The notes beneath the pieces are model-generated. The model worked only from the letters and a program-made list of their open reading frames with translations. It was not told the origin of the DNA and did not search any database. Of a stretch of DNA of 64,000 nt, positions 24,701 through 35,510 are shown piece after piece. Origin of the DNA: Mytilus edulis (lineage: Eukaryota). Location: contig NC_092349.1 in the NCBI RefSeq assembly GCF_963676685.1, positions 76,034,473 to 76,098,472 of the forward strand, read 5' to 3'. The position numbers and the translations under genes were made by a program. Position 1 is the stretch's first letter; the number at the start of each line of letters is the position of its first letter.

Positions 24701-27700
24701 CGGCAATCAAATGACATCTACATTATTTGGTCTTGAGTGAAGAGTTGTCTCACCGGCAATCAAACCTCATCTACATTCTTTGGTCTAGAGTGGAGAGTTG
24801 TCTCACCGGCAATCAAATGACTTGTACATTATTTGGTCTTGAGTGGAGAGTTGTCTCACCGGCAATCAAATGATATCTACATTATATGGTCTTGAGTGGA
24901 GAGTTGTCTCACTGGCAATCAAACGACATCTACATCATTTGGTCTTTAGTGGAGAGTTGTCTCACTGGCAATCAAACCACATCTACATTATTTTGTTTTG
25001 AGTGTAGAGTTGTCTCATTGGCAATCAAACCACATCTACATTATTTCGTCTATGGTGGTGAGTTATCTCATTGGCAAACATACATCATCAACATCATTTG
25101 GTATACCGTTATGTAATATATGTGAAACAAATGCCAACATTTATATCAATTGTCATAACAACAAATTCCTTCCTATTTTCAATGATTGTGACATCACTGA
25201 CTAAGCTGTTCTTATATGAACGTAGCATGTACAATAGGTGAAACATGTGAAGCAGGATCATCTAACCCTAATCTGTATAAAAGAGGGACGGAAGATATCA
25301 GAGGGACAGCCATACTCATTAATCGAAAATAAACTGACAACGCCATGGCTTAAAATGAAAAAGACAAACAGACAAACAATAGTACAGAAGACACAACATA
25401 GAAAAACTAAAGAATAAGCAACACGAACCCCACCAAAAACTAGGGATGATCTCAGGTGCTCCGGAAGGGTATCCTGCTCCACACGTGGCACCCGTCGTGT
25501 TGCTCGTGTTATAACAAATCCGGTATATAGTCTAATTCGGTAGGTCACATTTATGGAAGGGAAGGGGATTGTAGTTACGACGTAAGGAACATATCCTATA
25601 TCATCTGTAAAACGGTTATTCTCTAACGGTCAACCAATTCGTGATGGCCTGATGATTGTATAAATCATCCATATTTTAATGAGCTTCAGGTAGGTCAGTC
25701 GTTTGTTTTCTACGTAGTTTTTTGCTAACATGTTCATGTTTTTACGCTTTGACATTGTTAGTTTTTCTTCTAGTTATGATATTTTTAAAATGTCCTTTTG
25801 GTATATTTTACCTCTTTTTATACCAGAGCTGACGAATAGTTGCCTACATCTCCATCATTTGGACTTTGTGAATATTAGCTTATTGACAATCATATCACAA
25901 CTCCTATTTTTTTATGTAAATAGTTGGGTTTTTTTTTATAATAAACAGTATGTTGTTTCTTAATTCTTCTAGACAGTTTTATGCATTTTAATAAAATGGT
26001 GGAACTGGTTTTAGAATATTGCTATCTTAGCTGGTTTCCAGATGTCGGTAGTATATTTTGGCCGACACGGTGTATCTACTTTTCATTGCATGTGCTGTCT
26101 TTGGTTTTTCTTGTTCAAATTAGTGGAACTCCTGTTTGTAGCTAAACTATGCAGATTTTTACAGGACTAACAGTAAAACAATTTTAAGAATACTGAAACG
26201 TTACTCTATCAGGATATGAAATTTCAAGTTTGTGACAAGCAAAGATAAAAATCTGAGATACTTATTTTTTAAAGAAACCCCTCAACACATTTTAGGCCCA
26301 ATACCGTGAATTCATTAATATCCGTTAGATACTAATTTTCGTAGATTTTGTGGGTATGTGGGAACCATGAATTTAAATGTTCAACGAATTACAAATTTCC
26401 TAGAGGAAGGTATGCAGACTTTGCCAAAAGCACGAAGTAAGATATACACGAATATGCAAGTTTTCCTCAATCCACGAAAATAAATGAATCCACAGTAGCA
26501 ATTTGATTCAGAAACACGAATGAATAGTAATAAAAGATATTGACTGTTTTAATTATAAATTTTTGTCAGATATTGGGAATCCTTCTGTTTATCCATGTAG
26601 AACCATAAAAAAAATTGCGCCTACTATCCCCTACTTTTCTATTATAATTTTGCATTAGTTTAAAAAGGCAAATCTCAAAATATTAGAAAAATTCTTGTTA
26701 TTTTTTAGTGTTTGAAAAAAGTACTAGCTAATGTTAAATGTTTGACTTTATATCTTTACACTATGAATGACAGACCTTCCATGTTGATTATTTTAGAGAT
26801 ATACTTGCATATAATTCCTTTGTATATCAAAATGTATATCAAAGTGCCATCTATTGATTATTGTGGAAAATTTTATTTATCAAATTGAAGTTTTTGATAA
26901 GAATAATGAAAGTGTTTTGTCAGTATCATATGTGAATCCTTTTTTGTTCAAGATCTGTATTGATATTAAAGTTGATTCCCACACTTTTGTTAAATGCTCA
27001 TATTCCAATTCTTGCATTATGTAATTGAGATTACAATTACAGTGTAAAGGACAGCTACCATAATTTTCAAACAATTATACTGAAAGGTGTAAGTATTAAT
27101 TGGATGTAACTCTACCCAAATACAGTTATATTGATATATCATGACAGCTGATTATTATATTGGTATTCAGGTCAAGAATGTGTGTATTTGATCTGTTACA
27201 CATCTAACTAGTACTAAATGCACAAAATCTTGACATCAATAGTAGTAATATTCGTTTCATAATCATTTGATATAAGCTATTTTAAATTATTGTCTCTTTA
27301 AGTTACAGTTATGGGTAATTTGGTTGAAGCCATACACACAATTGCATAACTCTTACATGAGCGTTTTTTGCAAAGAAATATTTTTTTTATTCCCATTATA
27401 TTGCTTTTTAAAAATAAGTAATTAAAAATTATCTCAACGTTAGGTATTTGTGCATGTTTATATGAATACAGGAAATGTATTTTTCCTTAATGAATAATAA
27501 ACATCAATTTGAATAAAAGATAGTTATTAATTTTTTTGTGTTGACAAATTGTTCTTGGAATTATTAAGCCAATTATTATTGATGGTATATGAAAATATGG
27601 TACACATTTGATGATTTCTCTTAACACTCTTGTCAAATTGATTGATTTTCAAATGTTTCTTAAAAATTATGAAAAAATCTTATAGTGTCTTCAGTTGAAA

Positions 27701-30700
27701 TACCAAAATAATTGCATCAATAATGCAAAATTCTCCATCGTTTGGCAATAGAATAGAATTTGTGCAGTGAGATTATGGAAATAAAATAACAAAGAAAAAT
27801 TGAAAGTATGGTCAGAAAATAATTGCAGACTACTGAAATGGCTTAATCTTAACATCCATGATGCTTTAATTTTGTTGTTTGTATACTATCAATTTTATAT
27901 AACAGTCTTTTAAAAAGCATGATATTTTGAAACAGAGTAGCAACATTTTTACTTGAGTTAATATGTCTGCTATCTATATTTTGTACTATCATTAACTTCT
28001 CTGAAACACACTCGAGACTACTATATTACAGTAGTCTCAAAATAAATCTGCTTTTACTCACTTATTTAGTAGTTAAGTTATTAACTAACTACAGGCAAAG
28101 GGAAAATGCTATGAAGTAAAATGATTTATCGACTCTAGAATTATACAACAATGTTCATAATTATTTACTCATAATTGTATAGTGTGTGTGCAGTTACATG
28201 TTTTATTGACCCTAACACTATTTAATAAGAATGTAGTTATTCATTGTAAAACAGAATAGATATGAAACAACAATTCAGGAAAGAGGAAGTATGAAAAGGT
28301 TACTTTGTTGGCCCTTCCAAACGACAAATCTAGATGTATTAAATATTAAGCCAATGAGATTTACCTCAACAATACTTTTTTAAGATTTTCAGTTAATAAT
28401 TTGAAAATGAAGAGATATATGTAGATAAGATGTATTTGACTAAGATGTTAATAGATGTAAAATATGTTTCTGGGTAGGACCTTGACTCATAAATATTGTT
28501 TTTCCAAAAAGGAGTGTAAAATAGTGAAAATATCCTTTCAGCATTACAAATTCCTATCTTATAGTGCATAATCATTATCAATATAATTAACAAATGGCTC
28601 TCATCATACTTCCTCCTTTTTAGATGTGATTAAAGTTTTAAAAAAATCAACAGTTTATTGAATGATAAATTCATAAAATATTCCATTCATTTATTTTTAA
28701 CTTCTATCCAATGAATGTATTAAATTGATCAATTCGGAAGTTAAATTAAACAAATATAAGCTACAAGTTGAGTTTTAAGCAGCATTATCAACTTTACCAA
28801 TACCAATTTTGGTGCTATAGATACATATATTTATTGCCTCATCCGTACTAGTAATGCTTATGACAAAAATAGTTCAAAATTCAATACTTAACATGCTTAA
28901 TGGATAAATTCATAATCCTCGTAGCAAAATTACTATCTAAGGCTAAGGTTATTCATTATATTAATATTGCAGTTTTAGTGATTACAATGTAATTTAATAG
29001 ACTCATTCAAGGCTAGAATTAACAGAAATTAATAGGTTTTGTGTGATATGATAGCCTATTTTAATGTCTGCTTAATAACGTTGTTTTAACCGGACAGAAT
29101 TTTAAAGTCAAATGAAACTTCAAATGTAAAACAAAAAGTTGTATGTGTTTTACATACATGTACTTGAATAGTTTAACTATAAAATAATGTACAAGAACGT
29201 TAATGTGAAGGAGAATCCTTTATATCATCAAAATCTTCATATTGTTCATTTAATATCTATATATTGTAGAAAAAAATAAGAACTCAAACATTTAACTTCA
29301 TAATGTTTGGTCTACAATTACAAAAGTTTCCCATTAGTTCTTCATGTTATATTTATTTTTTGAAGTGTTGAGTTCCTGATAGAGTACGTATAAATTGTGT
29401 AACGGCCTTCTAATCAAAACAAAAAAAACATATATCCATGTGCTTTGAATGTTTGTTTCTTTATACAATGTGACTTTACCTATTTGAATATTAAAGACAA
29501 CAAATGAAATGATCATCACTTAATAGTAATAAAGAGACCTAATAAGAAACCATTTTGGCCAGAAATTATGTAATTAAAAGTCAGAGCTCGTAAATATCAT
29601 ATATTATCATACATCAAGGTAGAAAAATATAAATTTGACAAAAATGAATATGGAGATTTTTTTTCTGCAAATATATAAATTACAAATGCAAAATAACGGC
29701 ACACTGCTTTTAAATTATTGTTTTCCTGTACACTAATTTACCGATGTGTTCCCGTATGCAGTGAACTTATCAACTATGAAAGATCTCGTTTGAGGTTCGG
29801 AAACTGCACAGCGCAAGTGCGAAGGAAACCCTTGACGAAGGAACGTAAACAGACGTGCAGTGGAAATTCAATAGTAATACCTGATTTTAAAGAACAAATT
29901 AAATACGCAAAATCATTTAACAACTTTACAGGAAAAGTTTAATTAACTTTCGGAATAAAAATAATATATAAATGAAATATCATGGTTCTAAATTGTACTT
30001 AATGTGTACGTGCTCCACATGCTCTCTGCGTTGATTGTTTATCAATGTCGTTATCTGGTAAACTTTGGAAACATACTCGAAAGTTAATAAGCTTAAGACC
30101 AACAACCACTGAAATAAATATTGTTTGTCAATAATACGTTATAAATTAGTAATAAAGGTAAAACTTTGCATATATGACTTAGCTAACTAATTCGCATTAC
30201 TATAAGACGTGTTACGGTACTTATCTATCCCAAATTCATGTATTCAGTTTGATGTTATATTTGTAATTCATAATATCGGATCTTGTCAAATGTGTTGACG
30301 TTTTACTATCATATTCATGTGTTATGGTAAGGAAAATTAATCACCGCCTTCATTTATTAGATTTGATTTTGTTTAACGTAATCTGTACGATGTTTTACGT
30401 TTGAAGTTAGATTCAAAACAAACCGGACATAGCTATATAATATAGTTAATTGCTACTTCTGTTTTCTATTAATAAGTATTGCAATGTGCATTGTTATTAA
30501 ATGTAATATCAGTATTTAGTTCAAAATATAATCTTAAATCAATTCTAATTCTATCTTACTTTTGAGATATAGTTTTAGTCATTCAAATGTGACGTCATTT
30601 TTGTGCTGTTTCAAAATTTCAAATATGACGTAATTTTTGTGCCTTTTCACCACTTCGTATGTGACGTCACTTGTTTCACCTATTGCGTTGAGGCCTTGAC

Positions 30701-31893
30701 TAAGTCGGGTGTGTCTATTTTTTGTGTTGGTCTTTGTAATGTATCAGGGTTTTGTTTTCTGTAATTAGTTAAAACTTCAGTTTAATAATGTATATCTTTT
30801 ATATTCATTTGATAAAATTTACTGTTTGCAATAGCATAAATTGTTCTAAATAATAAGGATGTTCTTATCCCAAGCAGAAAACCCTATCTGTATTTGGCAC
30901 AGCCTTTTTGAACTTATGATCCTCAGTGCTGTACAATTTTGTACTTTTTTTTACTTTCGAACTTTTATATCTGGGCGTCACTGGTGAGTCTTGTGTGGAC
31001 GAGTCGCGTTTCTGACGTATTGAATTTTAAACCTGATGCCTTTTGTTAGCTATTATTCATGTGTTTCTAATATGTCTAATATGTTCTATTTATTTGTATT
31101 GTAATCCTGTAATATTATGTTGTCATTTTAATGTTATATTTAACATTGGCATTAAAGTGCGAGGTTTGGCATGCCACAAAACCAGGTTCAACCCACCATT
31201 TCTTTCTTTAAAAATGTCCTGTACCAAATCAGGAATATGGCCATTGTTATATTAAAGTTCGTTTCTGTGTGTTACATTTTAACGTTGTGTTAGCGTTGTG
31301 TCGTTTATTTTCTCTTATATTTGAGTGTGAATTCACATTACTATAAGACGTGTCACGGTACTTTTCTATCCCAAATTCATGTATTTGGTTTTGATGTTAT
31401 ATTTGTTATTCTCGTCGGATTTTGTCTAATGCTTAGTCCGTTTCTGTGTGTGTTACATTTTAATGTTGTGTCGTTGTTCTCCTCTTATATTTAATGCGTT
31501 TCCCTCAGTTTTAGTTTGTTATCCCGATTTTGTATTTTGCCTATAGATTTAAGAGTTTTGAACAGCGGTATACTACTGTTGCCTTTATTTAACTACATAT
31601 GCATGCATTGGTTCAAAAATTTCGATAACAATAATATTACAAAAAAACCTTTGTGATTTAAAGTTATTAGTACAATAAATATTACTAAAAAGCAAAGCAA
31701 GCTTGTATGACAATAGCAGTGTGATCTTATTGGCTATTGTTATCAAAAGAATGAAAATATTGAGTTACAAACTGCAGCTGTGCTATTAGCGCAGTTAATT
31801 TATATTTCGAGACAATGTATGGTTATTTTATGCATACTAAATTCTATAAACCATACTGTTAAAGGGCACAATCGTTTGGTCATAACTCAGGCC

Positions 31894-33807
31894 TCATCGG
31901 AGTTGAAGCAGTCTAAAAGCAGCACTTGTATGGTTGTCGTCATCGATCTGCGCAGCAATGTGAAAATATCTTCTTGCTAAATCTCTCTCACCTAACATCT
32001 GAAAAGCTATCCCCAGTAAAAGAAAATTATTTGCTTTAATATATATATTTTCCCCTGGTTGGTTGTGTTCTCTTGCTGTTTCTGATAACTTGTTTATACA
32101 ATACCGACTTGATTTAAAGTTCTGGAGATGGTAACAACACAGGAAACGGAGGAAATGTGCAAATGGTAGGGAACTCATTGGTATTATTAAATCAAAGTTA
32201 TGATGAGACTTCAGTTCCAATGGAATGACTGAATTAAATCGCATCTTGGAAAATGAAATATTTGGAGATGCAATATTCTTACATAGTGATATTAGCTTCA
32301 GTATCACTGTCTGTTTCAGTGTTATCTTTGACAAAGATGATTCGTCTGTACATTTTGACAAAGTGTAATTTATAATATCTATTGATGTTAGATAATTTTT
32401 GTGACCATAGAAGAAACAAGCTAATTTCAGCCATCCCGATACTGCATCTGAATGTACACCAACCAACAACTGGCTCAGGTCACGTTTGTAGAATTTATAT
32501 TGCTGTTTATTGTTTGGATTATTTATATGAGGTAATGCAAAAGGTAATGTTTGACATACACTGGCAAATGACAGTTTAAAGATACATCTTGATAATTCAG
32601 TTTTACAATGATACAGCAAAGGGTTCAGTATGCCATAAGTGTTTGTAAACAATAACTCTCTCTTTTCAATCATTGTTTGTATTAATGAAGTTATTTCACA
32701 CACTGATGTTGTATTCTTACATGGAAATCTTCTGTAATCATGTAAACTCGGAGATGATAAGAAAATCTTAATTCCTTTTTGGAATGATTTGGTAAGGAAG
32801 TTGATTAATGAGTTCCTTTGTTTATTGTTAAACTTTAAATAGAAAAAGTTGTTATTAGGAATGAAATAATGTAATAACGTTGAATACTCTATGCAGTATA
32901 ATAATCTTTTTAAACAGGCCATATAACAAGGAATGATATTGTCTGGTCTCCAGACTGATGTTTCATTTTCTTCTGACATCCAAAACATCAGGGTCTTTAA
33001 AAAGTATGAACAAAATAAATCTTTTAGGTCTTCATTTCCATTTACTATTTCTTTCATTAATATTTTTAACAAAGCATAGCACAATAGCTGGGTATGACTA
33101 AAAGAATATATCAGCATCTTTTCTGCTACAGAAAAGGATATTCGCCACTGAAGATTCTCATTTATAGATCCCTTGTTGCCAATTGGAACAAATAAGGTAC
33201 CACATGACGTTATTTTGGAAATGAGTTCAGGCGAAGGCCATATTAAACGTGATCTTGAGATCCATGGTTGTGCCTGCGATACCCACTGATCGCATTTAAG
33301 GCATTGAGCAATATCAATTGTACCAGCATTGTCTGCTAAGCATGGACCATGAATATTAAAATCTGAGAGAAAGCCTGGCAGTAATTTCAACCTTTGTGAT
33401 TTGTAAAGCTCACTTGATAGTAGAATTTTTCCTCTGTGCTCTTGTAGATTTTGTTTTACAATATTTGGTAAAGTATTAACATTGGTATATAATTGTAAAT
33501 GTGTAAAACCTGGTTGTGTGTCTTCTGTGTCCATGACTAGCACTATCCTCCAACAATCCTTTACAGCATCTTTCTCTGATTCGTAAAGTGCATACATAAG
33601 TTCAATTCGCATTATATCAAGATCGCTACCTTTCAGATCCAGTCCTTCTCCCTTACTTCCACTAGTTATTTCAGGAAAATGTATTGCGGTACCTCTGAAG
33701 TCACTTCTTATGTATGACAATCGTCGAGCTTTTACCATTTTCTCTGATCCAATCTTTTGACACAAATATTTATAAAAATGTAAGGATTCTGTTGTACTGT
33801 GAGACAT
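31894..33807 (-). CDS. cGAS-like receptor (cGLR, Mab-21-family nucleotidyltransferase), 637 aa, apparently single exon, with ~250-aa C-terminal extension of unknown function
   Basis: Uninterrupted 1914-nt ORF. NTase signature ITSGSKGEGLDLKGSDLDIM (G-S, then D-h-D) and downstream VLVMDTED. Mab-21/cGAS helical-domain signatures WRISFSVAEK (cf. cGAS WRLSFSHIEK), CSYFLKTLMFWM (cf. SSYHVKTAFFHV) and LHYFIPNNNFFY (cf. YFIPEFNLF). Family call from remembered cGAS/Mab-21 motifs, not a search. Confidence 0.75.
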   Translation of the reverse strand: MSHSTTESLHFYKYLCQKIGSEKMVKARRLSYIRSDFRGTAIHFPEITSGSKGEGLDLKGSDLDIMRIELMYALYESEKDAVKDCWRIVLVMDTEDTQPGFTHLQLYTNVNTLPNIVKQNLQEHRGKILLSSELYKSQRLKLLPGFLSDFNIHGPCLADNAGTIDIAQCLKCDQWVSQAQPWISRSRLIWPSPELISKITSCGTLFVPIGNKGSINENLQWRISFSVAEKMLIYSFSHTQLLCYALLKILMKEIVNGNEDLKDLFCSYFLKTLMFWMSEENETSVWRPDNIIPCYMACLKRLLYCIEYSTLLHYFIPNNNFFYLKFNNKQRNSLINFLTKSFQKGIKIFLSSPSLHDYRRFPCKNTTSVCEITSLIQTMIEKRELLFTNTYGILNPLLYHCKTELSRCIFKLSFASVCQTLPFALPHINNPNNKQQYKFYKRDLSQLLVGVHSDAVSGWLKLACFFYGHKNYLTSIDIINYTLSKCTDESSLSKITLKQTVILKLISLCKNIASPNISFSKMRFNSVIPLELKSHHNFDLIIPMSSLPFAHFLRFLCCYHLQNFKSSRYCINKLSETAREHNQPGENIYIKANNFLLLGIAFQMLGERDLARRYFHIAAQIDDDNHTSAAFRLLQLR

Positions 33808-33829
33808 AGTCTTTAACTTTTTCCAGATA

Positions 33830-34210
33830 CTATTTTTGTTTTCTCTTTTTCTTTGGACGGCTTCTGTTTGATGCTCCTGTATTATTATCTTATTATTATC
33901 GCTGATGAGTCTTATGTAGACGAAACGCGCGTCTGGCGTACTAAATTATAATCCTGGTACATTTGATAACTATATTATCCTGTAGTGGTTTATTGGTGGT
34001 ACTGTATGATTTCTTAAGCCTGTTGTAATGGTTTATAAATGTTCCTGTCCAGTTTTCCTATATTTTCTCCATTCCAGATTTATTACTTGTATCTTAATGG
34101 TACTGTATATTTGTCTAGATCGTTCTGTTATCCTTCCAATGGTTTCTGGTTTCTTGTACTGTATAGAAGTCTAGATACTTGTTTATCATTGTAAAGATTA
34201 GTGTTGATAT
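33830..34210. repeat. 5'-flank minisatellite of the intact cGLR, homologous to 9465-10150
   Basis: ccagatactatttttgttttctctttttctttggacggcttctg parallels tccagatatttttttctctttttctttgtgatggtttctg. Terminal block ggtttctggtttcttgtactgtatagaagtctagatacttg...cctttaaaataaaaataaaacattatc parallels 10075-10200. Confidence 0.6.
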
Positions 34211-34433
34211 TTCCTTTAAAATAAAAATAAAACATTATCTAACTCACATATTATCTGAGATTCAGACACTTGATTTTATAATAGGACTGGTTATTGTTTT
34301 GTCATATTTGGAGATTGCATTTTTCTATTTTATACTTATTTATGCCTCTTTACAAATGGAAAATTTCTGTTTATTTTTTGCTTCTCTTACCTCGGTAAGC
34401 CTCAAACAGATGTTATGAAACTTATACAAAATG

Positions 34434-34944
34434 CATCTTTGCTAGCCAAGGGTTACGATCCACTTTTTTCTCCACCCTTTGCGGATTGAGAGAGAATTTC
34501 GGATTCACGATTTATATTGGCTGCAGTGGTAACTGGCTGCATTCAATCAAATAGCGCACATAACATAATCACGTGTAAATGTAGAAAAATATTGGTAAAC
34601 AATTGCCACGTGCTGATAGTGCCACATGTCTTTACCCCCTGCAACATACAACGATTTAAAGTGACAATTTAAATGTTTTTAATGAACTTATAGAAGTTCC
34701 TGAGTATTTTTCTTGCACAAATGTGGGAATGTCAACATATATTTAGGTTTCCTGCTTTAAAAAGTTTGTAGACTCTAGATGCTACCGTGTGTTCACCTTC
34801 ACACTGAAGAGAGTTCAAGTGCTACCATTGGTCAAGAATATAGGATTCGGAATGGCCATGACTTTAATCAACATCACAAATGTTGGCTTAATCTGCCAAG
34901 GATGGAGAGGAGGTGAGTAGATTGTAACCCTTGGCTAGCGAAGT
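34434..34944. mobile_element. Candidate ~500-bp MITE: 20-bp TIRs gctagccaagggttacgatc (34441-34460) and gattgtaacccttggctagc (34921-34940), flanked by a 12-bp direct repeat TTATACAAAATG (34422-34433 and 34945-34956)
   Basis: TIRs and flanking 12-mers seen directly. 12 bp is unusually long for a TSD, so exact boundaries are uncertain. Confidence 0.45.
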
Positions 34945-35264
34945 TATACAAAATGTTTATAACTACAAAAAACAGATCAAGTTTGAATATTGGTGGCGTC
35001 GATTTTACTGTTCGACAGTAATGCCCCTTTATAAATGGAAACATTGCTGAATATATCTTTTCCGTTCTCTAACCTAACACTGAAAGTCGAAAAGTCTTTA
35101 AAGACCAATTTTTGTCTGAATGTGTACGAATTTTTACTCGACATTCTTTCTTTGTATGAATTATTTTTAAAAATCCTTTCATAGTATGAATTTGTCTAAA
35201 AACATTCTTGATTTTTCTTGACAAGTGTCTTGAAAGTATTGATACCCAGCAGGCACACAACGTT

Positions 35265-35510
35265 GAACCAACGTTAAAAATATGTTGAAAATTGGTTGTA
35301 GCGTTAATCAACGTAACAGCAACGTTGTAACAACGTCAATCCTATCAACGTTTAAAATACGTTGTTGAATCAACGTTGATTTGTGGTTAAAAATATCAAC
35401 GTTGAACTGTCAAAGTTGAATCAACATTGAATTTGAGTTGATGCTTTCAATGCTTTAATTGGTGGAAAATATAACGTTGATAAAAGGTTAAATTAAGGTT
35501 GATGACTTTA
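35265..35510. repeat. Dense array (>15 copies in ~250 bp) of the palindromic motif AACGTT / TCAACGTTGA
   Basis: Examples read directly: acaacgttgaaccaacgttaaaa, atcaacgtaacagcaacgttgtaacaacgtcaatcc, atcaacgttgaactgtc. Confidence 0.8.

Larger units (their letters stand above)
18534..30808. repeat. Tandem segmental duplication, unit B (~12.28 kb)
   Basis: Ends at atattcat (30801-30808), after which sequence diverges (ttgataaaatttactg). Differs from unit A by scattered SNPs and homopolymer lengths (poly-C 17 vs 13). Confidence 0.85.
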
